Of a stretch of 64,000 nt of DNA, positions 1 to 10,221 are shown in pieces. The position numbers and the translations under genes are program-made. A model generated the notes under the pieces. That model ran no database searches. It was not told the origin of the DNA and was given only the letters and a program-made list of their open reading frames with translations. Source of the stretch: a virus (lineage: Duplodnaviria; Caudoviricetes); IMG/VR virus record IMGVR_UViG_3300032334_001433, positions 138,666 through 202,665 of that record; one strand, given 5' to 3'. The number at the start of each line of letters is the position of its first letter. Position 1 is the stretch's first letter.

Positions 1-1
1 G

Positions 2-331
2 CCAAGAAGAACTTGGCTCCATGTATCTGATACTGCATCTGCGGTTATTGCAATAATTGAATCTGAGACAAAAAACGAAATCTATAACATATCTGGAAAC
101 TATGAAGAACAAAATATAGTTATTGCCAAAAAAATTATAGATAGATTTCACTTATGTACCGAAGAAGCCTATAGTGATTTTATGGATTTATCTGAAAAAC
201 GACAAGGCCAAGATGTTAGATATGCAATAGATGATTCTAAATTAAAATCACTTGGATGGAATCCAAAGGCAAATTTTGATAATGAATTGGAAATTATGGT
301 AGATTATTATAAAGAGAATTTTGTATGGTAA
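2..331 (+). CDS. rfbB: dTDP-glucose 4,6-dehydratase-like SDR, C-terminal part (5' truncated by window)
   Basis: Hand-translated frame 2: RTWLHVSDTA...RQGQDVRYAIDDSKLKSLGWNPK, typical RfbB C-terminus; TAA 329-331. Confidence 0.75.
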   Translation, partial: PRRTWLHVSDTASAVIAIIESETKNEIYNISGNYEEQNIVIAKKIIDRFHLCTEEAYSDFMDLSEKRQGQDVRYAIDDSKLKSLGWNPKANFDNELEIMVDYYKENFVW

Positions 332-1122
332 TAATAACTGGAGCAAATGGATTTATTGGACAAAATGCAATAGACTATTTTGTAAAAAGAAATTATAATG
401 TCGTTGGTCTTGATATTGAGGATGGCCCAATATATTCAAAAGACATAACAGGAGTTGTTCATTTAGGAGCAATCTCTAATACATTAGAAAAAGATTGGGG
501 TAGGTTAACAAGATTAAATGTTGATAGTACCAATAATTGGTTTGATTATTGTAACGAAAATAATATTCCCTTTATATTTGCAAGTTCTGCTGCAATTTAT
601 GGAAATGGAGACGGACCATTAAATCTTTATGCCAAAAGCAAACTCGATAGCGAAAAATATATTGATAATAGAGCAGTTGTTCTAAGATTCTTTAATGTAT
701 ATGGACCGCACGAGGAGCATAAAGGCAGAATGGCTAGTACAATATATCATTGGTATAATCAAATTAAAGATACAGGTAAGGCAAAAATATTTGAGGAATC
801 TGATTCAATTTATAGAGATTTTATCTATGTACAAGATGTTATTAAAGTAATAGAATTCTTTTTAAATAACTATGTTCCCGGAACATATGATTTAGGATCA
901 GGTACCCAAAATAATTTTGAGTATGTACTACAATGCCTATTAGAAAAAATGGGATTAGGTGAAAAGGAATATATAAAATTTCCTGAAGATATAGTTAATC
1001 AGTATCAAAAGAATACATCTTCTGATATGACAACATTGGAAAAAATTGGATATAATTTATCAAGTATGACTACAATAAAGGAAGGCGTTTCCAATTATGT
1101 AGATTACTTGAAACAAGGATAA
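325..1122 (+). CDS. hldD: ADP-L-glycero-D-manno-heptose 6-epimerase
   Basis: GANGFIG Rossmann motif, HLGAISNT, ASSAAIYG, YAKSK, RFFNVYGPHEEHKGRMAS. Confidence 0.85.
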   Translation: MVIITGANGFIGQNAIDYFVKRNYNVVGLDIEDGPIYSKDITGVVHLGAISNTLEKDWGRLTRLNVDSTNNWFDYCNENNIPFIFASSAAIYGNGDGPLNLYAKSKLDSEKYIDNRAVVLRFFNVYGPHEEHKGRMASTIYHWYNQIKDTGKAKIFEESDSIYRDFIYVQDVIKVIEFFLNNYVPGTYDLGSGTQNNFEYVLQCLLEKMGLGEKEYIKFPEDIVNQYQKNTSSDMTTLEKIGYNLSSMTTIKEGVSNYVDYLKQG

Positions 1123-1126
1123 AATA

Positions 1127-1915
1127 ATGGCAGGCGATAGATTATTACTACATACTCATACTGGTCTCGGCGATCATATAATTTGTAACGGAATGGTTCA
1201 CGCATTTGCAGAAGTCTGTGATGTGGTATATGTTCCTTATAGAAAATTCTTTAGAGAATCTATGCAAACACTATATGAGGGATTTGGTAATATTGAATTA
1301 TTAGAATTCCCCGATATTGATATTACGCGCAATAGGCATTTGCTAGAAGATTTTGCAAATAAAAATAATTGCAGTATGTTAAGTGCAGCAGATCCTGAAA
1401 TACAATATACTAGATTATTGCGTAAACTTCCTAATGGTCAACTTGATTATGCAAATCTTGCAATAAGTTCTGATAGACAAATGTATGAAATTGTAGAGGT
1501 TCCTTTTTCTGCAAGATATACTAAATGTAGAATTCCGCAAACTACTAAGAATTCTAAAAAGCTATTTGATTCCTTATATAAAGGAAATGACTATATGTTA
1601 GTCCATAGATACAGTAGTAACAAGCCTGACGGGTATCCTGTAAATCTGAATGTTTCTGGCAATATAAATAATCTTGATATTATTGAAATTAAAGAAGGTG
1701 CTACCAATAATATATTTGATTATATGGATTTAATTTATAATGCTAAAGAAATTAATGTAGTTCATAGTAGCGTAGGATGTTTGGTTGATAGTGTTGTTGA
1801 TAGAACCCCTGCTAGATTGTTCTTCCATAACATAAAAGCAAGCGTGGAGACCCAAGTTAATTGTAGATGGAACAATAATCGTTGGGGAGTTATAGGATAT
1901 GAGGTAATGTATTGA
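1127..1915 (+). CDS. Putative glycosyltransferase-like protein (GLGDH motif); paralogue of 19538-20371
   Basis: HTGLGDHIICNGMV N-terminal motif; glycosylation-island context. Confidence 0.45.
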   Translation: MAGDRLLLHTHTGLGDHIICNGMVHAFAEVCDVVYVPYRKFFRESMQTLYEGFGNIELLEFPDIDITRNRHLLEDFANKNNCSMLSAADPEIQYTRLLRKLPNGQLDYANLAISSDRQMYEIVEVPFSARYTKCRIPQTTKNSKKLFDSLYKGNDYMLVHRYSSNKPDGYPVNLNVSGNINNLDIIEIKEGATNNIFDYMDLIYNAKEINVVHSSVGCLVDSVVDRTPARLFFHNIKASVETQVNCRWNNNRWGVIGYEVMY

Positions 1916-1916
1916 T

Positions 1917-2858
1917 ATGAAAAGACATTTGATTATAGGTGATTTGATCTTTGATAGGTTTATTTATGGTAATGCTACAAGAATCTCTGCAGAAGCACCG
2001 ACGTTAGTACTGGATACAGAAGATGAAGTTGATATGCTCGGCGGAGCATACAATGTTGCTGCACATATATGTTCATTGGGACATAATGTAAATTTCATTT
2101 CAGCTGTTGGTAATGATTATGATTCTGTGGTCTCCACTTTTAAAGACAACTTTCATCTTAACAGTAACTGTTTTATTACAAAAGAAGCAGGCAGAAAAAC
2201 TACTGTAAAAACTAGATTGATATCTAAGTATAAAAATGCACATTTACTTAGATACGACAACGAATCTACGCATCCATTATTAGAAAATACTGAGAATGAA
2301 ATTATAGAATATGTTAAGAATAACATATCTTTGTTCGATGATATACTATTGATTGACTATAAAAAAGGTGTTGTCACAAAGAAAGTTGCAGAATCTATTA
2401 TAGAAATTGCAAATATGCACAACATCCCAGTATTGGTAGATACAAAAAGAGATGATCTAAGTATCTTTACTGCGGCAACAGTTATAAAACCAAATAAATA
2501 CGAATTTGAAAAAATTAGATTGCGATATGCATCTGATTTTTCAATGGAAGAGGCGTGTAGAATAATTTGTAATAAATTACGAATTCAGAAAATAGTTATT
2601 ACTGCAGGCAATGATGGCATATACGCTTATGATAGCGTGCAGGGTTTAATACACTCAAAGGCAGAGGAAGTAAAGGTAAAAGAGTTAAGTGGCGCAGGAG
2701 ATTCTGTACTAGCTGTTTTAAGTTTTTGCTTTTTAGAAGGACATTCTTTTGAGGAAAGTATTGGATATGCAAATAAATTAGCTGCAAAATTTGTATCTTC
2801 AGGTATACAATATAGAGCAAAATTGGATGATCTAATAAAAGGAAATGAAACTATATGA
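1917..2858 (+). CDS. hldE: D-glycero-beta-D-manno-heptose-7-phosphate kinase (HldE/RfaE kinase domain, PfkB family), stand-alone
   Basis: GDLIFDRFIYG..RISAEAP, GGAYNVA, TTVKTR, DYKKGV, IKPNKYE, SGAGDS. Confidence 0.85.
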   Translation: MKRHLIIGDLIFDRFIYGNATRISAEAPTLVLDTEDEVDMLGGAYNVAAHICSLGHNVNFISAVGNDYDSVVSTFKDNFHLNSNCFITKEAGRKTTVKTRLISKYKNAHLLRYDNESTHPLLENTENEIIEYVKNNISLFDDILLIDYKKGVVTKKVAESIIEIANMHNIPVLVDTKRDDLSIFTAATVIKPNKYEFEKIRLRYASDFSMEEACRIICNKLRIQKIVITAGNDGIYAYDSVQGLIHSKAEEVKVKELSGAGDSVLAVLSFCFLEGHSFEESIGYANKLAAKFVSSGIQYRAKLDDLIKGNETI

Positions 2859-3886
2859 GCAATTTTTTAGCTGCGGTAATCCGCAAACATTTTGAACCTT
2901 TAAGTATTGAAGAATTTGAACATCAAGATCCTACCGAAGGGCAAGTTCTTGTTGAAATGATTTCTTCTGGTCTTTGCGGCGCTCAAATAAATGAGATAGA
3001 CGCAGTTAAAGGGTGGGACAAATATATGCCACATTTTATGGGGCACGAAGGATTTGGTCAAGTAAAACAAATTGGCGACAAGGTTACTAAAGTAAAACCT
3101 GGAGACTATGTTGTACTACATTGGAGAAAAGGTATTGGCTGTGATTGTTTTGGTGGGAAATATTTTTCCAAATTAGGAATTGTTGGTTCCGGCCCAGTAA
3201 CAACTTTTGCAGAAAAAACAATCGTTGCAGAAAACAGAGTAACTCCTGTAAACTACAAACCAGAATTGACGAATCTTTACCCATTAATGGGATGTGCATT
3301 TTCCACAGCATATGGCATTGTAAAGCACGATTTAAAAATAAAAGATGATGCAAATATTTTAATTACTGGAGCCGGTGGATTAGGATTAACTATTGCATTC
3401 TGGCTAAAAGTATTATATAATGTAAATGTTACATTAGTTGATCGCTACGAAGTTAAACGTCCGTTTGTAGAACAATTTGGTGCAAAGTATTTTTCCTATG
3501 AAACAGCACCAGCATTTTTTGCAGAATCTCCTTTAATGGATTATTGTATTGACACTTCAGGAAATACAGATGTAATTTCTAAGGCATTTTCTCTTCTTGG
3601 CAAACAAGGCTCATTAGTATTAGTCGGGCAACCAAAGACAGGAGAAAAATTAACATTGGATAATGCGTTAAAAATATTTGATGGTATAAAAATATTTAGT
3701 TCAGATGGTGGTAATTTTGTTCCTGAGAATGATTTGGCCGATATTATTATGCACATCGACAATAATATTGAACTTGCAAATAAACTAGTAACCGATGTAA
3801 TTGGTTTAGAAGATATAAATAATGGTTTTGCCAAAATGAGAAACGGCGAGGCTGGAAGAATTGTTATTAATTTTAAGGAGCACTAA
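2855..3886 (+). CDS. Zinc-dependent medium-chain alcohol dehydrogenase
   Basis: GLCGAQ..E, GHEGFG, GAGGLG NAD-binding motif. Confidence 0.85.
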   Translation: MSNFLAAVIRKHFEPLSIEEFEHQDPTEGQVLVEMISSGLCGAQINEIDAVKGWDKYMPHFMGHEGFGQVKQIGDKVTKVKPGDYVVLHWRKGIGCDCFGGKYFSKLGIVGSGPVTTFAEKTIVAENRVTPVNYKPELTNLYPLMGCAFSTAYGIVKHDLKIKDDANILITGAGGLGLTIAFWLKVLYNVNVTLVDRYEVKRPFVEQFGAKYFSYETAPAFFAESPLMDYCIDTSGNTDVISKAFSLLGKQGSLVLVGQPKTGEKLTLDNALKIFDGIKIFSSDGGNFVPENDLADIIMHIDNNIELANKLVTDVIGLEDINNGFAKMRNGEAGRIVINFKEH

Positions 3887-5089
3887 ATGAAAAGAGATTG
3901 GACACCAGAAGAGCTAATTGCCTTTGAGGACAGGATTGGCGAGCTATATTTAGATAATAAATTACCATTTTTATTCCATCTATCTGGTGGTAATGAAACA
4001 CAACTAATTGATATCTTTAAAGATATTAAAGAAGGCGACTATGTTATTTCTAATCACAGAAGCCATTATCATGCATTGCTACATGGCATTCCACCAGAAG
4101 TAGTTGAAGATCGTATTCTAAATGGTCGTAGTATGTTTATTTACGACAAGGCTAGAAACTTCTTCTGTTCTGCAATTATTGGCGGAACTCCTGCAATTGC
4201 AGCAGGTCTTGCATGGGCATTGAAACGTAAAGGATCTACACAAAAGGTATGGTGCTTTATTGGAGATGGAACAGAAGATAACGGCCACACTTATGAAGCA
4301 ATTCGCTATGTAGATGGATGGGACTTGCCTTGCAAGTTTGTTATTGAGAACAACAACCGTTCAGTAGAAGCAACCAACGAACAACGTTGGGGCAAAGCTG
4401 CGGATTATGTTTGGAATTCCCCTTCTGTTATTAAATACAAATATGAAATTACATATCCTCATGCTAGAAAACCCGGCATGATTGATTTGTCAAAAGCTGT
4501 TAAGAAAACAGATGATGAATATTTCCCGCCTTTAAAGGAAATCGAATATCCAGAATTTACAGTTGACGAATTAAAATATAAAGATGCTGCATTTAAGGCA
4601 ATGACCGAATTGGGCAACGAAGGCGCAATCTTTATTGGATATAATGTTAACAATGCTCCAGGCGGTAACGCAATGGGAACATTGAAAGGCGTATCCGATG
4701 AACAAAAATTAGAAACTCCTGTTGCAGAAAATCTAATGGCTGGATTGGCAATTGGTATGGGATTTGAAGGATTTATTCCAGTTCTATATTTTGAACGTCA
4801 TGACTTTATGTTAGTTGCAATGGATGCGATTGTTAATCATATTGACAAGATTGAAAGAATTTCTCATGGAGAGTATACTGTTCCTGTAATTATCAGAGCA
4901 GTTACTGCAGATGGCGGTCCTTTCTATTCAGGAATTACTCACTCGCAAGACTTTACCAATATGCTTAGAACCGCAGTAAGTTTCCCAGTATATGATCCTG
5001 TATCTGGTGCAGATTTAGAACTTGCATTTAAGAAAGCTAGATATAGTGGGCGTCCGGCAATTATTGTTGAAAGAAAATCTAGATATTAA
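3887..5089 (+). CDS. Fused thiamine-diphosphate enzyme (E1-alpha-like + E1-beta/transketolase pyrimidine-binding domain)
   Basis: GDG-X26-NN ThDP motif (GDGTEDNG...IENN), then ETPVAENLMAGLAIG and PVIIRA. Confidence 0.8.
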   Translation: MKRDWTPEELIAFEDRIGELYLDNKLPFLFHLSGGNETQLIDIFKDIKEGDYVISNHRSHYHALLHGIPPEVVEDRILNGRSMFIYDKARNFFCSAIIGGTPAIAAGLAWALKRKGSTQKVWCFIGDGTEDNGHTYEAIRYVDGWDLPCKFVIENNNRSVEATNEQRWGKAADYVWNSPSVIKYKYEITYPHARKPGMIDLSKAVKKTDDEYFPPLKEIEYPEFTVDELKYKDAAFKAMTELGNEGAIFIGYNVNNAPGGNAMGTLKGVSDEQKLETPVAENLMAGLAIGMGFEGFIPVLYFERHDFMLVAMDAIVNHIDKIERISHGEYTVPVIIRAVTADGGPFYSGITHSQDFTNMLRTAVSFPVYDPVSGADLELAFKKARYSGRPAIIVERKSRY

Positions 5090-5090
5090 A

Positions 5091-5789
5091 ATGAGAAAGA
5101 TTATATCTATATCTGTGTGGGGCGATTCGCCCCGCTACATTGTTGGTGCTCATCGACAATATGAATTGGCAAAAGAATTTTACCCTGATTGGGAATTTAG
5201 AATTTATACTGACGACAAACGAAAGTTTGAAAATCTAACTGATGCTAATATTATAGAAGTAACAGATGACAGTTATGGCATGTTCTGGAGATTTAAAGCT
5301 TTATTTGAATCAGATGATAATGTTGTAATTGTCCGAGATTCCGATAGCAGAATAACTATCAGAGAACAACGAGCAGTTAATGAATGGTTAAACTCTGATA
5401 AGAAATTCCATACATTTCAAGATCATGAAGCTCATTACGAATTCCCTATCATAGGATGTGCTTTTGGATATAAAGGTAGATTTAATAATCCAATGTATAA
5501 TCTAATGTATTATTATATGAAAAATTTTGCATATTATCTAGGCGATCAAATATTCTTAAAAGAAGTTATATGGCCTATGGTTAGAGATAGTGCAATGATA
5601 CATTCTATGAATGCAGGTTGGTTTGGAGAAACAAGAAAACAATTAGTTAATCCTTACGACTTTTGTGGCAATGGATATAATGAAGATGATATGCCATTAT
5701 ATCCACCAACACTTAAAGAATGTAATGGATATAATCCAGAAAATACTCCTAAAGAATTTAAATTTAGTAATGGTATTCTTATAAATTAA
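5091..5789 (+). CDS. Conserved glycosylation-island protein, putative glycosyltransferase
   Basis: ISISVWGDSPRYIVGA, MFWRF, VRDSDSR; ATG directly after upstream stop. Confidence 0.55.
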   Translation: MRKIISISVWGDSPRYIVGAHRQYELAKEFYPDWEFRIYTDDKRKFENLTDANIIEVTDDSYGMFWRFKALFESDDNVVIVRDSDSRITIREQRAVNEWLNSDKKFHTFQDHEAHYEFPIIGCAFGYKGRFNNPMYNLMYYYMKNFAYYLGDQIFLKEVIWPMVRDSAMIHSMNAGWFGETRKQLVNPYDFCGNGYNEDDMPLYPPTLKECNGYNPENTPKEFKFSNGILIN

Positions 5790-5800
5790 AGGCAAATTAT

Positions 5801-6448
5801 ATGGCACAATATTATGGCTCTTCTGAAGAAGATAAATTCATTGAGGAATATTTTCCAAAAGGATACGTTGGTAAATGTATCGAGGTTGGCGGCAGTGATG
5901 GCATTACTCATTCAAACACATACTATTTTGAGAAATCATTGGGATGGGATTGTTTAGTAATAGAGCCCCAACCAGGTCCTCGATTCTTTGATTCTTGTGA
6001 AGAAAAAAGAAAACAAGCATTAAATTGTGCAGTGTCTACTGAGAATACAAATGATGCAGAATTTACAATAGTATATTGTAACTATCAAAACCAAGGGCAC
6101 CAACCTTGGGGCGGTATGAGTGGGTTGCAGGTAGATCAAAAATTAGTTGAGGCACATAAAGAAATGGGACTTGATCCTCAGGAACTTAAAATTAATGTGC
6201 CTTCAAGACGTTTAGATTGGATTATTGAAAATTATTTTGAGCATCCTGTTATTGACTTTATTACTATTGATACCGAAGGAACAGAACTAGATGTTTTGAA
6301 ATCTTTTGATACTACAAAATATAAAACCAAACTATTAGTTATCGAAAACAATTGGAAGAATGCTGAAATTGAAGATTATTTATCTCAATTTGGTTGGACT
6401 AAAGATAAAGTTATTGAGCAGAATGAATTCTATGTGAGAGACGTATGA
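5801..6448 (+). CDS. FkbM-family SAM-dependent methyltransferase
   Basis: EVGGSDG, IEP, IDFITIDTEGTELDVLK. Confidence 0.85.
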   Translation: MAQYYGSSEEDKFIEEYFPKGYVGKCIEVGGSDGITHSNTYYFEKSLGWDCLVIEPQPGPRFFDSCEEKRKQALNCAVSTENTNDAEFTIVYCNYQNQGHQPWGGMSGLQVDQKLVEAHKEMGLDPQELKINVPSRRLDWIIENYFEHPVIDFITIDTEGTELDVLKSFDTTKYKTKLLVIENNWKNAEIEDYLSQFGWTKDKVIEQNEFYVRDV

Positions 6449-7170
6449 CAGACGTTACTATTGTTACGGCAACAACTGGTTCTAAATATTTAAGAAAGAA
6501 TATAGAATCAGTTGCAAAACAAACCTATAAAAACATACAACATCTAGTTGTTGTAGATGGTGAACACAGATCATTTGATGCAACAAAACAAATATTAAAT
6601 TTTAACCATCCAAATCTTGATTATATGGTATTACCATATGCAACGGGACTTGAACAATATAATGGCCATAGAATTTATGGCGCAAGTACATATCTTGCTA
6701 AAGGCGACTATATCTGCTACTTGGATGAGGATAATTGGTTAGAACCAGATCACATTGAAAATCTAATGAATGCAATTGGAGATAAACAATGGGCATACTC
6801 ATTAAGAAAGATTGTGGATTCGGATGGCAAATTTATTTGCAACGATGACTGTGAAAGTCTAGGAGACTATAAATCAGTTATAAACGATTACTTTGTCGAT
6901 GTTAATTGTTTCTTTTTTGCTAAACCATTGGCATTACAATTGTCTCCTATTTGGTATAGACGCGCAAGACATCCCGACGATCAACCTGAAGTTGATCGAG
7001 CATTGACATATACACTAAAAGACAATACAATTGAGGCTGCAGCAACCGGTAAGTATACTGTTAACTATAGAGCAGGAAACAGATCAGATTCGGTGCAAGC
7101 GGAGTTCTTTCTGAGAGGAAATGAACATATGAATAAATTATATAATGGAAATTTACCATGGCGGAAATAA
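6445..7170 (+). CDS. Glycosyltransferase family 2
   Basis: SVAKQTY, VVVDG, YLDEDN DxD-type motif. Confidence 0.85.
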   Translation: MTDVTIVTATTGSKYLRKNIESVAKQTYKNIQHLVVVDGEHRSFDATKQILNFNHPNLDYMVLPYATGLEQYNGHRIYGASTYLAKGDYICYLDEDNWLEPDHIENLMNAIGDKQWAYSLRKIVDSDGKFICNDDCESLGDYKSVINDYFVDVNCFFFAKPLALQLSPIWYRRARHPDDQPEVDRALTYTLKDNTIEAAATGKYTVNYRAGNRSDSVQAEFFLRGNEHMNKLYNGNLPWRK

Positions 7171-7466
7171 ATTATAAGTACAACGAAGGCGAGCTTATTC
7201 AGGAATTTAAAGACTATATTGATAAAACATATGGTCAACACTATTCAATGAATAAATTTCAAGCAACGGAATTTATTATTGATAATGGACATGGCGTTGG
7301 ATTCACCGCAGGGAACGTCATGAAATATGTCCAAAGGTACGGAAAAAAAGCAGGAAGGAATAGACAAGACCTTCTAAAGGTGTTACACTACGCATTGATG
7401 CTTTTATATGTACATGATATCGAAGTCAACGATACAGATAAAACTATTGACCACCACCCTGTTTGA
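7158..7466 (+). CDS. DUF3310-like (T7 gp1.7-like nucleotide kinase) protein
   Basis: HY..FQATEFI..GFTAGNVMKYVQRYGKK..DLLK. Confidence 0.7.
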   Translation: MAEINYKYNEGELIQEFKDYIDKTYGQHYSMNKFQATEFIIDNGHGVGFTAGNVMKYVQRYGKKAGRNRQDLLKVLHYALMLLYVHDIEVNDTDKTIDHHPV

Positions 7467-7485
7467 AAATTGAAAAGGAAATATT

Positions 7486-8142
7486 ATGCAAATTAGTAAT
7501 GAAACAATCCAACTATTAAAGAATTTCGCTGCGATCAACAGTAACATTTTGATTCGTAAAGGAAAGACTTTGTCCACAATCAGTACAGCAAAAAACATTT
7601 TTGCTAAAGCAACTGTGGCTGAAGACTTTCCTGTTGAAGTTCCTGTCTATGATCTAAACTCTTTGTTGGCTTTGCTAACATTGATGGAAAATCAAGATGT
7701 TGAATTCGGTGAAAAGTCTTTGACCATTTCTAAGAACAATGGCAAGTTTGAATACTTCTATTCTAACGCAAGCGTTATTGTTTCGGCTCCAGATAAATCT
7801 ATTGAAATTGATTCTCACTTCAAGTTCAGCTTGACCGCAGAAGATATTAATATGATTATTAAAGCAGCAAATATTACAGCTGCTCCAACAATCTCAGTAA
7901 CATCTAAGGATGGCAATGTTGTCCTTACTGTAGGGGATAAGAAAAATGATACAGCAAATACGTATAAACGTACAATTGGTTCAAGCAAAGATGCATTTGA
8001 ATGCCATATGTCTGTAGATAATTTTAAAGTAATTCCTGATGCTTATGAAATTACAATCTCTAAAAAGAAATTGTTTCACTTTAAACACGCTACAAAATCT
8101 GTAGAATATTTTATTGCAATGGAACCGGATTCTGTAGTATGA
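7486..8142 (+). CDS. 45: Sliding clamp gp45
   Basis: MQISNETIQLLKNFAAINSNI, YFIAMEPDS; T4 synteny. Confidence 0.92.
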   Translation: MQISNETIQLLKNFAAINSNILIRKGKTLSTISTAKNIFAKATVAEDFPVEVPVYDLNSLLALLTLMENQDVEFGEKSLTISKNNGKFEYFYSNASVIVSAPDKSIEIDSHFKFSLTAEDINMIIKAANITAAPTISVTSKDGNVVLTVGDKKNDTANTYKRTIGSSKDAFECHMSVDNFKVIPDAYEITISKKKLFHFKHATKSVEYFIAMEPDSVV

Positions 8143-8333
8143 AAATCTTCCATACATCAAATGAAGAATATATCGCAGTTCTAGAAACAGAAGCAGAAAC
8201 TTTGCGTAGGTATTATTTTGACCGTTTGAAAGAAGGGACGGGTCATTATAATACAGCAATTTCTGTTTTGGAAGAAAGAATTGCAGCATTGAAAAAAGAA
8301 TTAGAAGATACAATTATTGTTTCTAATAATTAA
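8139..8333 (+). CDS. Hypothetical protein
   Basis: Tightly coupled 64-aa ORF between genes 45 and 44. Confidence 0.6.
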   Translation: MKIFHTSNEEYIAVLETEAETLRRYYFDRLKEGTGHYNTAISVLEERIAALKKELEDTIIVSNN

Positions 8334-8380
8334 TTTGTGCCTTACAAAATTTAATTAGTATTAGAAGGTGAAAATATATC

Positions 8381-9322
8381 ATGGAAAGAAAAGACGGAGA
8401 ATTTCTCTGGGTTGAGGCGTACCGACCAAGAACATTAGAAGATTGTATTCTTCCTGCAGATCAAAAGAAGGTCTTTCAGGAAATGCTCTCCAAAGGAGAG
8501 ATTCAAAATATGCTATTGTGCGGCGGTGCTGGTATGGGTAAGACTACTATTGCCCGAGCATTATGTGAAGAGTTACAAACTGATTATATCATCATTAACG
8601 GTTCAGAAGAATCTGGTATTGATGTTCTAAGAACAAAGATTAAACAGTTTGCATCTACTGTATCATTTAGCGGTAAAGCAAAAGTAGTTATTCTAGATGA
8701 AGCGGATTATTTGAATCCAAATTCTACACAACCGGCACTTCGTGCTTTTATGGAAGAATTCTCATCGAATTGCAGGTTCATCTTTACTTGTAATTTTAAG
8801 AATCGTATTATTCCTCCGCTTCATTCTAGAACAACTGTTATAGAATTTAAATTACCTAAGAGCGAAAAGCCTAAGATTGCTGGCGCATTCTTTAAACGAG
8901 TATGCGAAATTCTTAAGCATGAGAATGTTGACTTCGATCAAAAGGTTGCAGCAAAAGTAATTGAAAAGCATTTCCCTGATTATCGTCGTATTCTAAATGA
9001 AATGCAGCGTTATAGTTCTTCAGGTAAAATTGACGAAGGCATTCTTGTTAATATGGGCGAAGCCAATATGCAGGAATTGGTTTCTTCTCTTAAAGATAAA
9101 GACTGGAAGAAAATGCGTACATGGGTTGTTAATAACATTGACAATGATCCGCAAACTCTATTTAGAAAATTCTATGATACATTCTGTGATAGTGTAGTAC
9201 AGGTTCCGCAATTAATTTTATTGCTTGCCGACTACCAATATAAGTCTGCATTTTGTGCAGATCAAGAAATTAATTTGGTTGCATGCTTAACTGAGATTAT
9301 GGCTTCTGTTGAATTTAAATAA
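8381..9322 (+). CDS. 44: Clamp loader large subunit gp44
   Basis: WVEAYRP, GGAGMGKTT, ILDEAD, SNCRFI. Confidence 0.95.
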   Translation: MERKDGEFLWVEAYRPRTLEDCILPADQKKVFQEMLSKGEIQNMLLCGGAGMGKTTIARALCEELQTDYIIINGSEESGIDVLRTKIKQFASTVSFSGKAKVVILDEADYLNPNSTQPALRAFMEEFSSNCRFIFTCNFKNRIIPPLHSRTTVIEFKLPKSEKPKIAGAFFKRVCEILKHENVDFDQKVAAKVIEKHFPDYRRILNEMQRYSSSGKIDEGILVNMGEANMQELVSSLKDKDWKKMRTWVVNNIDNDPQTLFRKFYDTFCDSVVQVPQLILLLADYQYKSAFCADQEINLVACLTEIMASVEFK

Positions 9323-9333
9323 CAGTAAATGCT

Positions 9334-9780
9334 ATGAGTTTAGATTTTTTAGGTAAGCCAAAAGAAGAAATAACAGTAACGCCCTATAAGGCGCCAGCAA
9401 TATCGCCTTTCGATTTTATTAATGCTATTCATTATTCTAAGGATAATTTAATAGTTGACGATTGGTCTGAGAAACAATATAACCCTTTTATAATTAATAA
9501 AGGACTTTCATACGGTCACGACACAGTAATTCCTGCAAATGAGATGAATTCTCGTCCACACCTCGATAAAAAGCTACAAAATTCGTTTTTAATAAATATA
9601 ATTAGGCCTAAAAAAAGATTCAATAAATGGATTAAGGCTGAGAAAATTGAAGCGATCGAGGTGATTAAGGAATACTATGGATATAGCACAGATAAAGCAC
9701 GCCAAGTACTCCCACTTTTCGATAAAAATAAATTAGATTATTTAAGAATAAAACTAATAAAAGGTGGTAGGAATGGCTGA
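9334..9780 (+). CDS. 62: Clamp loader small subunit gp62
   Basis: YNPFIINKGLS, KRFNKW, IKEYYGYS; synteny. Confidence 0.9.
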   Translation: MSLDFLGKPKEEITVTPYKAPAISPFDFINAIHYSKDNLIVDDWSEKQYNPFIINKGLSYGHDTVIPANEMNSRPHLDKKLQNSFLINIIRPKKRFNKWIKAEKIEAIEVIKEYYGYSTDKARQVLPLFDKNKLDYLRIKLIKGGRNG

Positions 9781-10201
9781 AGATATTTTTCACATTGATT
9801 TTCCTGGTTATAATCCATTAGAAGTAACCTTGACACAACCGGACGACTTTTTGAAAGTCCGAGAAACACTAACACGCATAGGTGTAGCATCACGAAAAGA
9901 TAAGGTGCTATATCAATCTTGTCATATTCTGCACAAGCAGGGTAGATATTTTATTGTACACTTTAAAGAATTGTTTGCGTTAGATGGCAAATCTGCAGAT
10001 TTAACGGATAATGATCTAGAACGACGAAACACTATTGCTAAATTGCTAATAGATTGGGGTTTAGTAAAAGTCGTAAAACCAGAATTGTTTCAAGAGCTTG
10101 CTCCATTGTCGCAGATTAAAGTAATTGCGTTTAAAGATAAACATGATTGGTCTTTGCAAACAAAATATAATATTGGTAAGAAAAAGCAAACAACAGACTA
10201 A
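9773..10201 (+). CDS. regA: Translational repressor RegA
   Basis: DDFLKVRETLTRIGVAS, LYQSCHILHKQGRYFIVHFKELF. Confidence 0.95.
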   Translation: MAEDIFHIDFPGYNPLEVTLTQPDDFLKVRETLTRIGVASRKDKVLYQSCHILHKQGRYFIVHFKELFALDGKSADLTDNDLERRNTIAKLLIDWGLVKVVKPELFQELAPLSQIKVIAFKDKHDWSLQTKYNIGKKKQTTD

Positions 10202-10208
10202 TAATCTG

Positions 10209-10216
10209 TATAAATA
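10209..10216 (+). promoter_or_regulatory. T4-type late promoter TATAAATA
   Basis: Exact gp55-type consensus upstream of hsp20 leader. Confidence 0.75.
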
Positions 10217-10221
10217 ATTTT

